Part shown: positions 1 through 11,919 of the stretch, one piece after another
Position numbering within the stretch: the first letter of the stretch is position 1
Layout of the letters: every line of letters starts with the position of its first letter
From: Lytechinus pictus
Taxonomy: Eukaryota
Assembly (NCBI RefSeq): GCF_037042905.1
Contig: NC_087256.1
Coordinates: forward strand, 27,962,001 to 28,026,000
DNA length: 64,000 nt
Reading direction: 5' to 3'
Made by a program: the position numbers and the translations under genes
The notes under the pieces: generated by a model
Told to the model about the DNA's origin: nothing
Database searches by the model: none
The model's input: the letters and a program-made list of their open reading frames with translations, nothing else

Positions 1-3000
1 GGGCAATATGAGAGAGATATAAAGAAAATAGAGAGAGAATAGAGAGGATGTTAGTTCGGAGCTGCCTGGGAGTCGGCGATGCTATAGGCTGAGGAAAGAG
101 CAATGACATGAGTCGATTAAGACATGTATTTTAATCAAGACCGATGAGATGGACCGATGCATCCTGACGTGAAATGGTAAACCTCCTCTTCTTGATAGGC
201 TGGTTCACCGGCTTTATACTCTTAGCATCTCAGATAGGCAACAGTCACACCAACGAAACCGCCTACAAGGCGACCAATGATGTCATTGGAAATAACGTAA
301 TGAGGTTAGGCCGGTCTGGAATCGGTTCGTTGGTGTGACAGCAGTGTGGCATATACCATGTACATCTATGCTCTGAAAATTACGGAATCTCCAAGCAGTT
401 GCAAGAAATTTGAATATGTTCGATTTATTGTAGCATGTTTGGAAACTGCTTCCAGCCTCTGAGGCCCGCTCCGAGGCTTTAATTTTGTTTAAACCGTCGA
501 AATTTTCGCTCGCTCCCGGATTTTTATTTTTTTAAATATAAATTTAGCTCCATATGCAATGTTGCTGAATCCCCTCCAATTATTTGGCTCATCCCGCCAC
601 CATGCTTGCTTATCATCTCACAAACATCTCACTGGTATTAAATCAGGCACTATAGACAACAATAAAGTTAAGATGGTTTCCTGTAGGCTACATACTGGAA
701 GGAGTTTGGATTATTTCTTTTGTCATCTTCTCCCATCACTCGTTCTTTCGTCTTGTTTTTTTGGTTTTTGTTGAAGACAATCGATATTTCTAGGAAAAAG
801 GTGGGGACATGTATCTATTTTGCTCTTTAACATTTCAACATCTACACTTCTAATGGTGGATGAATGTCAGCTTCGAAACGTAATCCCGGCAAAGATTGGC
901 ACATCCCAGCAAATATCTGCACATCCCGGCAAGTACCTGCACATCCCAACTATATATCAAGCCGGCTGTAATGATTGGCACAGCATTCTTTCAAGGTCAT
1001 CTATGTATATTTTGAAGGTTATAGAGCATGACATTTTCATTATAAATGATACTTCTTCTTAATAACATCATAAGAAACTTACTAACCACCCTATCCAGCC
1101 CCTTCAGTTAAAAAAAAGGAAGAAAAAAAAGTGAAAGAAAAAAATGTTTTACATGTTTAAGCCCGTCACTCTAACAAAAAGTTGTTTGAACTTTTATAGA
1201 ATTGTTCAAACTTTTTATTAATTGTTGAAACTTTTTTAACATCTCGCTGGGCGTTGGTCATGTAGAAGGTGAATATGTAGATCATTGTAGTTCTCATGGA
1301 AAACCATTTCAAAAGGGCGCCTGAGAGAAGACTAGGGCTGATATCCAACAATCGCACTCGTAATGAGGATTTGTCTATATGTGCATTCCTATCGTTGTAT
1401 TGGCGGGAAGCGGGTGATGGCGTACCCGGAACTTTATAAACAACGGGGAGTTACATCCAGGATCCTCGTTTAGCAAGCGTGTTTATTGGGTGGAAGATGT
1501 TGGAAGGGGGAGGGTGGGAGGGGCGGCCCATATGAGCAAATGAGCATTTCGAAACCCTAACACAAAATAATATAAAACAAATATTTCTTGGTAACCAGCT
1601 TTGTGAGGGAGGATGGATAGGCAGAGTTGCATCCACATCGCGAAGGATATACGCCCGTGTCTACGATTTCAATGTTTCCTCGGGGCCTCATATTTCCCTG
1701 TAATTTGTCAGTCTGTTTCGGAATAGAAACAGTCCCATACCACCATGTAAAACTGAGGTGAACCCCATTAATGATTGGATAGTATCAATAGGCTTGGGGT
1801 CATGAAACCAATTCTCTTTCTGCGGAACTGACATTTGTTTTTCTCACATCATTTTCATCGCATTTTAAAGTGCCCCTAGTAGGTTCCCACTCCAAGTCAT
1901 GATGTGTTACAATTTTTTCTGATCAATATTGAAAGAATCGACAGTTGAACGCATGAAAATTGTGATAAAGCCTTCTACAATTTACCACGTTGACAAGTGA
2001 GACACAGTAGATCGTAAAATGATGCAAATCCAATCAATAACACCTTCTGCACGTGGGAAAACTTACGCATGTCATCTTCCTAATTTTCACGACATTGTAA
2101 TAGAATAAGGTGGTGCTCTATAATTATGGAAACATGAGGATACCGAATGCAAGGGTCATATTAACGAAACTGACTCTAAATCCGGGTCTAAATCCCTCTC
2201 TAAATGGTAATTCGTTGGAAATAACGTAATAATAGATTTGGGCGGTCTAAACTCATTCGCAGGAAATACTTCCGGGTGTCCACGCAATCTCCTTAAAAAA
2301 ATGGGTTGGTTGTCATATGAACCTAACAACTGTTGGTTAAAAGACATTGCATGTCAACGAGATTGAGATTTTATTTAACCAACCGTTGGCAAGTTCATGT
2401 TAACCCACTCCGTAGATTGATTAATTATAAAGGAGAGTGTGATTATATAATGCGGATGTTGGCTAGCCCTCGGGATCCCCATAATACCGTCGCGCTGCGT
2501 CGCCCCATGGAAGCTACCGTCATCTGTCGTAGGCTTCCTTCAATGACGAATGAGCAAGGGTCTTGTCCCTGGCCTTAATTCGCTCTGCTGTGAATGCAGC
2601 TTTAAATTTTCAGATATGGGTCAGACCAATATTACCATGTACTTGGCTTGAGATCAAGCGAGTTTGCCGCAGTAGGGTTTCTGAATGGTTAGATTACTGA
2701 ATCATGTCCCCTATTCATTGCCAAAGCAAAGAGCAACAGCAGGCCAGATCATCTCGACTCTTTCTTGATGTAATATATCAACTGAATTAATAGTATCAAC
2801 AATCCAAACGTCCTCTAAGACTGATCATAGAGAAACCTTTTTAACTAGTACAACAGTGCGGAAGAGGGAAATTTTATTGCTAATAAACCATAAATTGATG
2901 ATGATTACATCTTTGTTCATAAACATGAAAGATATCTGCAGACAAGATTACGAAAATATCCTTTATTAATGTCGTTATGCTTGACTAATTAAAAAAAACA

Positions 3001-3303
3001 TATTCAATTATTATTTTTTTTGAGATGTGAATAATAAATTGAATACATAGATTGTAACTATAAGGGTGAAAAAAATAACGATTTTAATATAATTACATAT
3101 CAGTTTATTTTAAGGCATTACTTTCAGCATCCCCACCAGAAGAAGACCCCCCCCCAAAAAAAAAAGTAACATATTGAAATATGAATAAATTATAAACAAA
3201 TAGATTAAGAAATAAAACAGTAAGAAAATCATAAATGAGTAAGTTATAAAAATAGGCGGAGGCGGTCTATGGACATGATGGAAGTAGAAAGTTGAGTAAA
3301 ACT

Positions 3304-3455
3304 TCAGTCACATTTGCTCTACGGCGGCTGTACGGCGAGTCGAAAGCAGCCGTTTTTATTCATTTTTATTCAAACCACCAGTCCTATATGTAGCTGATAC
3401 AAAAAAAAATGTTGTTTTCGACTCGACATATACGGCCGCCTTAGAATGTGACTGC
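3304..3455. mobile_element. Small MITE-like inverted-repeat element
   Basis: CAGTCACATT...CGGCTGTACGGCGAGTCGAAA is mirrored by TTTCGACTCGACATATACGGCCG...AATGTGACTG. Confidence 0.65.
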
Positions 3456-4176
3456 GGTATAAGAAAGTTTAAGTGGAGGGTGTCCCGCAAAGAGTTTGTG
3501 AGGATGTTTGTTTGCGCCGGTTGAGTTTGCAATGAAGTACTTCTGGGGACATTTTATTACATTTCATCCATCAACCGAGGACATCTTGCTACTGCGGACT
3601 TCCCCTGTTCAGATAACCTTGCTAAACAATTTCTCATCTCATTTCAAACCGTTTTATTTTTTAAATTCATGATTTAATAAGTTCCCGTATACGGCAAATT
3701 AATCTTATGTGTGTAGGGCGATAGAAAGCGTCCCCGGGTTAGTGAACGATGCTCGCGTATGTAAAAAAAATGAGCCATGTTGAGTGGATTTGGAGTTTTA
3801 GAGTGTATGAGACCGCACACACACGTCCTCACATTAGCGATTAATAATTAGTAAGTCTCCGACTGTCAAATTACAAGACGATGTGTGTAAGGGCATGAGG
3901 GTGGGTGTGTGCGCGTGTGTGTATGTGCAAGAAAGAAGGTGCATGAGGACTTCATGATAGAGCGAAAGAAATATGGGGGGACAGATCTATAAATAGGGAG
4001 ATGAGAAGAAGTGGATTCACAGGAGAAGGAGGCTAGGTAAGAAAGAGAAGAAAAAAATAATTGAGGAGGAGGAGGAGGCGGATGAGAGGTTGGTTGAATA
4101 ACATATTCAATTACGTAATGACGATGACCTCGCATAAGTATCAAGATAAAGAGAAAAGAAAGATTATAAGGACGCG

Positions 4177-4985
4177 ATGATGATGATGGTGATGATGATG
4201 AATGTGGTGGTGAGAATGATAATGATGATGATGATGATGATGGTTTTGATGATGAGGAGGATTGTTATGATGATGANNNNNNNNNNNNNNNNNNNNNNNN
4301 NNNNNNNNNNNNNNNNNNNNNNNNNNNNNNNNNNNNNNNNNNNNNNNNNNNNNNNNNNNNNNNNNNNNNNNNNNNNNNNNNNNNNNNNNNNNNNNNNNNN
4401 NNNNNNNNNNNNNNNNNNATGACGATGACAATGATGATAATGATGATGATGATGGTGGTGATGATGTTGATGATGGTGAAGATGATGATGTTGGTGGTGG
4501 TGGTGGTTATGTTTTGGTGTTTGTGGCCATGGTGGTTATGGCGACGGCANNNNNNNNNNNNNNNNNNNNNNNNNNNNNNNNNNNNNNNNNNNNNNNNNNN
4601 NNNNNNNNNNNNNNNNNNNNNNNNNNNNNNNNNNNNNNNNNNNNNNNNNNNNNNNNNNNNNNNNNNNNNNNNNNNNNNNNNNNNNNNNNNNNNACGATGA
4701 AGATGGTAATGATGATGATGACTATGATGATGGTGATGGTGAAGATAATGATGTTTTGGTGGTTGTGGCCAAGGTGTTGTAAGCTGCATGGTGGTGGTGG
4801 TTATGGCGACGGCAGTGTCAGTGCTGCTGCTGATGATGATAATGACGATGATGGTGACGATGAAGTTGCTTATGATGGCTATGTTTTGTAATAAGTGGTT
4901 GTGGTGTTGGAGATGGTGGTAGTAGTAATAATTATGATAATTATACGGCGTGAATGGTGATGATAATGATCGTGATGGTGGTAGT
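4177..4985. repeat. (GAT/GGT)n low-complexity tract with two N runs
   Basis: Visible trinucleotide repeats; N runs at about 4277-4418 and 4550-4693. Confidence 0.95.
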
Positions 4986-5020
4986 TTGAGAACAAAAGAA
5001 ATAGGGGGTCAAAGACTTAC

Positions 5021-5217
5021 CTATAGTCGTCAGGATGGTGGTTGCAAAGAACATGGCGCCGTAGAAATTCCACTTCGCACTAAATTCATCCTTGTCCATG
5101 ATCACGCCTAGTTGATCCTCGTAGCCCTTGATGTGCCTACTTGCCCTCCTCCACCACTGGTCCTCATCAATTTCACCCCAATGAGAAATATTATACAACT
5201 TGTCGATGAGGAGTTCC
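5021..5217 (-). CDS. K2P potassium channel gene A, coding exon 2 (cap, P1 up to TTIG); later exon(s) not found in window
   Basis: Acceptor TATGTAG|G GAA CTC is in frame with exon 1. Encodes ...KWNFYGAMFFATTILTTIG. Donor G|GTAAGT at 5021/5020 has the same position and phase as in gene B. Confidence 0.9.
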
Positions 5218-5689
5218 CTACATATCGAATGGATTGAAAAATAAAATAATCAAGTGAAAGTATCTTTGTTTCTACTGTTTGAAATCGGGATACCGAAAAT
5301 TATGATAACCCATCGGTCCAAGGGCGCATACTGAATAAAGGATTTCTGTTACAATTGAAAGAGTCTTGTTTTATTCTTCTTAATTATCTAGAATGACTGA
5401 TGTGTAAATATATATTAATATCAACAAGTACCATGTCACATTTTATATTATCTCACACCCCAAATCCCAGCAGATATAGTGACCTGGTTTTTCTTTCATA
5501 CTGTAATCTCATTCAGATGCGAAAAAAGTACTTCCAACCGATACAATTCTTCATGAAAATGACGTTTATGTCGCAGTCATACAACGAAGCCGACTCCATA
5601 CCGATTAAAGCTATATACGTTCTCTCAATTGACATACAATCGGACAGTTTGGAGTTGGTCTTGCTAATGTGACTGGCAGCGTCAGTATA

Positions 5690-6105
5690 GGCGACCGCAC
5701 ACCTTACGATTGGTCTGCGACCCGATTTTGGAATGAAACCTAGTAGAATTTGATGCAGATATTGAGACATGGAATATCTATACTGTGTAATGTTTGAAAT
5801 CATCGTTCGAATACCTATGTTCAAATCTGTGACTTTGCTATCATCCTTCTTAGAATAAAAGCAAATTCAATATCTAGTCGTAATGACGTCATAGCAGTCG
5901 TACGATTGGCTACGATTTGAAACTAATTTTGCCTTAACTCCAAAATAAAGGCTTTCAATCTTTCAAAATGGTTATATGAGTATTATTTCAATAAATTTTA
6001 ACCTCAAATAAAATGATATCTTCCATTCACATTTTAAGAAAATTAGCAAAATGCGATTTGTCCCAAAATCGGATCGCGAACAGTCTCGTAAGGTGTGCGG
6101 TGGCC
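5690..6105. mobile_element. MITE (PIF/Harbinger-like ends) in the first coding intron of K2P gene A
   Basis: TIRs GGCGACCGCACACCTTACGA / TCGTAAGGTGTGCGGTGGCC with T/A-rich flanks. Confidence 0.75.
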
Positions 6106-6131
6106 TTAAGCAGAGTCGAACTATTACCTAC

Positions 6132-6418
6132 CTGTACTCGGAGCGTTCAAGCCGAAGATTCTCCACCGCGTTGGCTTCGGCGGGCCCCTCCAACGCCTGG
6201 AACACCCAAGCTCCCATGCACGTGTAGAGGATAAGGCACACGATGAGGCCTCCGTTGGTCATGCAATAGTGGAGAGCGACCCGAAGCATTGAGGGCTCCT
6301 CCTGGACCATCTGGACGGGAGGCAGATCCTCCTCTTCCTCTCCCCGGCCTCCATAACCAGAATAACGGTAGTCATCATCGCTGGTAGCCGCGCTCTGTCT
6401 CCAGTTGTAATCTCCCAT
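6132..6418 (-). CDS. K2P potassium channel gene A (paralog of gene B), coding exon 1
   Basis: MGDYN start and EPSMLRVALHYCMTNGGLIVCLILYTCMGAWVFQALE are clearly paralogous to gene B. Donor AG|GTAGGT at 6132/6131 (phase 2). A possible upstream acceptor TTATAG| lies at 6460/6459. Confidence 0.9.
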
Positions 6419-8995
6419 TTTTTGGTTATCGTACTTGTCCGATGCTGGGTCTATTTATCCTATAAATAACCATAAAATACATGTTTAGAGCAATTCCGAT
6501 CTTGTTAAACACGTTAAACATAACAAATTATTTGGTTCATAAAATAATATCAATAGGTTATCAATTTATCTATCATAAACTGAATAAATGCATAGCGTGA
6601 AAATTGTATAAAACGTGATGTGAAGAATTTGAATATTGATTTTTATATCATAACGACCTATTGCTCATAAACACTGGCAGCAAAGAAACGAAAAGAACAT
6701 ATTAAGCAAGAAAAAGAAGTGACATATAATTATCTAACAATAATCAAGTTTATGAATTCAATAAAACACGATTGAAACGTGGCGCCTACCTAACAATAGT
6801 TTGTCACGCATAAAATCTGAGACATATAGTATTAAATAAAATATTAGATGACAATATATTCTGCGAGCCCGACGTGACTCGTAGAAGCGCTATTAAAAAG
6901 AAGCAAGTCATAAACCAACAACCTCTGAGAAAATTGAAAATTTTGGTGATGGGAGGATGTTTATCCTGTCAAATCGATTTTATATACCATTCATATCTAA
7001 CCTTCGTAAAAACAACTGTCAACAGCAGCTCGTCTCCCAAGATTCCCGCGCTTGGTTAAAACGAAAATTGGTGCTTCGTTTGTCGTCTGCTCCGAGTTAA
7101 TGACTGGAAAAGAGCAATAGCAGACGATGCGGGAAAATTCCTCACGACTCGTTAATTTCACCAAGGAGTGATTGATGCACGCTTGAACATCAGCATCATC
7201 TAAGATACATACTTGGCCGAATAACTTTGCTATCATAGGTTACATCTTCCAAAGACTCGAGATGATGAAGCGATAAGAATGAATCGCCTGGATATAGATC
7301 TCTCCTAGAATTCTAGATTCCTCCAAGGTAAATCATTGATCCAACATTTGCCGTCCTGATGATAGAAAAATGGCAAGCGAATAAAACAAAACATTAAACA
7401 ACCGAAGATGTATAGAAACTTATGCGACCTCAAAGTAGTCACTGCATCGGTATTTGAGAATGCGAATGCGTTCACCGTCTACTGCGTGTGGGACTAGACG
7501 GTAGGAGTGTACGCCACACTCAAAATGTCACAGTTCATCATGTCGCTACTACTCGCAAACCTACTCGCGGTTAGCTTACAGGGTGGGTGCAGCGAAAGGG
7601 TTAAAGACAAGCTGAACTTCGAATACTTCCCGTGTTACTAGCTGCACATCAATTACAACCATTCCAATTATTCCGCCGGGAGTTGGTTCAAACTCTCATC
7701 TAGGCCTCGGCCTGATTGGCTGCATGGCTGCGGGGTGCTTAACTCCATTCAGCATTTTGAAGTAATGATATACTGCATGTAGGCTGTCGAAGTATGATCA
7801 TAATTATTTTGAATTGGAGGTAGATCAACATGCATGCGTATAACCGAAGAAAAAAAATCACCCAAGACCCAACCGACTTGGTAACAGCTAATTCATGAAC
7901 ATTGTTAGAAAATTTATCCTTAAAATAAAAGAAGTTCATGCAGCAGAGTCTTGAGAACACCTGTAATCTTACCAGATTGCGTAATCTTACAGGAAATTGG
8001 TATTTGGTGTATGGAACCTTACTAATTTCCTTAAAGAAAACACCCTTTCCCCTTTTTAAACAGACCTGTTCTGTTAAATTGCAGAAAAATTCCTGTTTTA
8101 TGAATTTACAGAATGATTCTGTTATTGCTTTCTGCAAAATATTCGTTTTTCTGTAAAATCAGGTTTTTTTTAACAGTGTAGTCTTTAACATGCAGCTATG
8201 GAAACGCACACCCACACCCACGGTCAGCACAGGAATGGATCAGCACAACACACACACACCCACACACGAATGCGAATCGATGAATAGATCAAAACTTGAA
8301 AGCTTTTAAACGTGTGTTTTTATGAAAAAAATGAGCCACTTTCATTTTCCAATATGTGGCGTCGCTCGTCACGACAACCTGGATTATTCGCCTTCGCCTT
8401 GTATCTACCAATATGGATATGAAATTAGAAGATAACGAAAATGCCTTCACATATACCCTCCTTTCTCTTTCACACACATGCACACAAATTCCCATCCTAG
8501 CTCCACACACCGTATGATAAACCCGCATATTATCATAAGTATTTTACTAACACACACCCACACCCGAACCCACACAAGCCCACACCCATGCAAGGTCATT
8601 TTATTTCAACATGTCTTTATTTTAGATTTTATTTTGGATTCCATCCAAAATCAATTACATAAACCCACACTAAATGATTACGAGAGAATTTACAAATCTA
8701 CACTTCGTATTCAGCAGTCTACAAAAATGTTTAATGACAACTATAGCAAATAATAATCGAATGAAATGCTTAAAGATGTGCTTGTATACTAAAAAAAATT
8801 AAACTACGCCCCGATCATCGATGTAAACCTTATAATTATAATAATTCATCATCATGAATGATCTGCCGTAAAAAGCTTGAACATGATATCATCGAACCCC
8901 GCATTGCATTTTTTCATCAAGCTTCCACACACATGACATACAATGGAAAAAAAATCATAATACTCATACGATACTATATCTCTCTCACACACAAA

Positions 8996-9176
8996 CTGGG
9001 CGTTGTGGCGTGTGCCTGTAATCCAAGGTAAGTTGGTAGTTACACATTGATGCAGAGGTTCGAGCCCTGGTCACGTCTTTCGGATGGTAACGTTAAAGGT
9101 CGGTCCCAGACATAAACATGGTAAAGGATCATCTCTGAGCGAAACACGTCAGTAAAGACTGAGTTACACACACACT
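8996..9176 (+). mobile_element. SINE with 7SL-RNA/Alu-like 5' head (copy 1)
   Basis: CTGGGCGTTGTGGCGTGTGCCTGTAATCCAAG resembles the 7SL/Alu 5' end. It is followed by a B-box-like GGTTCGAGCCC and GTCTTTCGGATGGTAACGTTAAAGGTCGGTCCC. The 3' limit is approximate. Confidence 0.65.
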
Positions 9177-9498
9177 TCTCCAGATGACGCCAACCCAAGA
9201 CAACTTTTGAGTCTCTTTTTCTCATCTGACGACCTTCAAGAGGGCCATATGACAATGAAGTTTTTCCCCTCTCCTCGATTATCATAGCTCCTGAAGCTCA
9301 CGCACGCTCATCCTCCAAAATATTGCAAACAAAATGATGGAACTGAATATCTGATGATCTAACGTAACTGTCTTTGAAGTAGTTTTGGCTTCTGGTTTTG
9401 GGATTAATCAAACTTTAGCATGAAGTAGCACACCTAACGAAAAATGTATTATTTTTATTTTCAAATTTCATATGTTCGTTCATGACTATCTAGATGAA

Positions 9499-10002
9499 TT
9501 TATTTAAGTGGCATGTAGTAGAAAACAACTCATGTAACATTTGTGGAGAAGTTGATACCACTTTTCATTTCATGCTGTATTGTAAATATGTTAGATTTTT
9601 TTTGAAAATTATAGAAAGGTTGGTATTTTATATTTTCAAGATTACTATTTCTATAGATGAAAAAACATTAATCATAGGTTATGATCTGCAAAGTTCCAGC
9701 AATGTTATGTGTAATTTATTTTGTGTTATTGCTCAATTTGTTATTTATCGAAATTACATAAAAAGCATATTTAAAGGAAAAAGATATGATGCGAATTCTT
9801 TATGGATTGAATTCAAGCTTACTATGATTATTTATTTAGAAAGTTTATGTAAACAAAAAAGCAAGTTCGGAATTTTGAAAAAATGTGATATTAAAAAAAT
9901 TATTGCATTATTGAAGTGAATTAATTTTTTTTAAATGTTTGTATATATATTTACATGTTATTGTGAATAAATACCTCGATTAAGAGGATAAAAGAAAAAA
10001 AA
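9499..10002 (+). mobile_element. 5'-truncated L1/Tx1-type LINE (3' end of ORF2, 3'UTR, A-tail)
   Basis: Zinc-knuckle-like CNICGEVDTTFHFMLYC in the ORF ending at 9919. AATAAA and an A-rich tail follow. TSD ATCTAGATGAA at 9488-9498 and 10003-10013. Confidence 0.85.
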
Positions 10003-11540
10003 ATCTAGATGAACTTAGGCCCAATTTAAAATTATATTCACAGTTAAGAAACAACAAGGTTCGGAATGGTTTGAAAACATGACCACTCATTCCCCCCATT
10101 CATGGGGTTGCCACGCAGTCAAGCTTAGCTTATAGTGGCAATCCCTGCAACCTTCTAACAATCGATATATATTGATAGAAAATGCAATTATGTTCAATGT
10201 TTTGCTTGTCAGTTATACGTATATTATTATTGTATTTTTTTTGTTAATGTGTTTATGAAAAAGTGTTGCAGAAACCAATAATGAAATGAAAAGGAGTAAA
10301 CAATCCATTGCTGATCAAAAGAGTTAAATTGCCATGTTCAAGATTTGATTTCTTTGCATACAATAAGATCATCGTATGCAGTTTTTGTGTACAAAGTAAT
10401 TTACTCAAGAGCTGATATCGTTTCGAGGGGAAAAAGTGATACACTTAGAAATATTCCTCGATAGGACCTTCACATTCGAATCGAAACCGCTCTGTAAATG
10501 AATAGGGAGAAACTGTTGAGTGTTTTTTTTGGTGTCACATATATGGATTCAATAAGATCAATGACAGTCCGAAGTTCTTCGCTTTTGTTTTCATTAAAAG
10601 CATTATATATAATATCAGTATAGTCATTATAATACCATAACTTTGATAAATCGATGGGGAACGTCTTTCCACTTTCATCTTATTAATACTCATTATAATC
10701 GTACTGAAATGAATAAAAATCTCAAATAAAACCAATCAGCCGTTGATAGATGTTTGTCAATTTGCGATATCTTTTGCAGCAACACAGTATTATGAAAGCA
10801 AATTATTGTCGAACAGAAACAGTTCAGGACCATTATTTACTTCGTTTTGGCATGATAAAAAGTTAATCTCAATACTATTTCAGTTTTGGATCATTAGATA
10901 TCTAAAAAATATAACTAAAAGAAAAAAAAAACGAAACCACAGACCCATTTATAATCATCGTGAAAAGATAATTGGTACAATGGTGGAAGACTGTTTGTAT
11001 TTGTCTCGATTAGGTCTAAAATTAGTAATGAGAGTGCATATGACTACCAGATTATGATTGATTATTATTAATTGATTAATCAAAACACTTTCGACTGAGG
11101 TGGGAAGTTTATATCTATATTACCCAATAAAAAGATATTATTTTGCGTCGATACAGAGGGGTGGCCTACCTTATAGACCTCAGTATACATGACGAAGTAT
11201 TATTATCAAGACACTTAAGCCCCTCCCCTGTCCTCAAACTTGTCATTGTATTGTGATGTTTTTTTCATTTACGTTTGAGGCCTTATCACTCGGGAACAAT
11301 CAATTCTGATCAAAAGAGAAATTACGAATACTTCACTTCAATATTTTCTCTGACTTACAGTACGATTGGAGTCTTTCCCTCTTCGGTAGTACAGAAAGGT
11401 AATATTCACTCGTTTAATCGTCGCCATTTTTATATCAAAGTATTGATGAATTAGCCGCATTTACACCCTGAAGACTTTCATCCGATAAGGGCAACTTCTT
11501 ATAGATAACATATAGGTATATTCAATAATTCAATCACACT

Positions 11541-11559
11541 AATTTCCGCGGGAAATTCC
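11541..11559. promoter_or_regulatory. NF-kB/Rel-like site upstream of the TLR
   Basis: AATTTCCGCGGGAAATTCC contains the consensus GGGAAATTCC (11550-11559), about 360 bp before the ATG. Confidence 0.5.
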
Positions 11560-11919
11560 GATGGTTTTTTTTCTTCAAATGTCTTTGGATTAACAAGTGT
11601 TGGTTCCATTCAGTGAAAATCATTTCTCTATTAAATGACAGAGTTATGATAGCCAACATTCAATTTCTATTCATTAAAAAAAAGTAAATTGAATAGTACC
11701 ATCTTGCGTTATAAAAGCATTCACTTTATTTTAATGCTGTCAGGGTGTAATGATTCGCATCCGTCTTGTCTGCAATTAATCTGTTATATTTCTCGTTCAT
11801 TGTTCGCCGTTTCATGAACATGATGAAGAGATACAATCCTTATTTTTTTTGGTAAAGAAGAGCTTTCCATAAACCGTTGAATAAAATATATTTTTTCATT
11901 CTAGACTGCCTTTGGCAAT

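Noticed and set aside
1-5020. Final exon of K2P gene A
   Set aside because: No YGN...GFG-encoding sequence was found. It is probably beyond the left edge, so pseudogene status is not claimed.
8996-9060. True 7SL gene or human Alu contamination
   Set aside because: Similarity covers only the first ~35-45 nt and the remainder is neither SRP S-domain nor Alu. Two diverged copies are embedded in native sequence.
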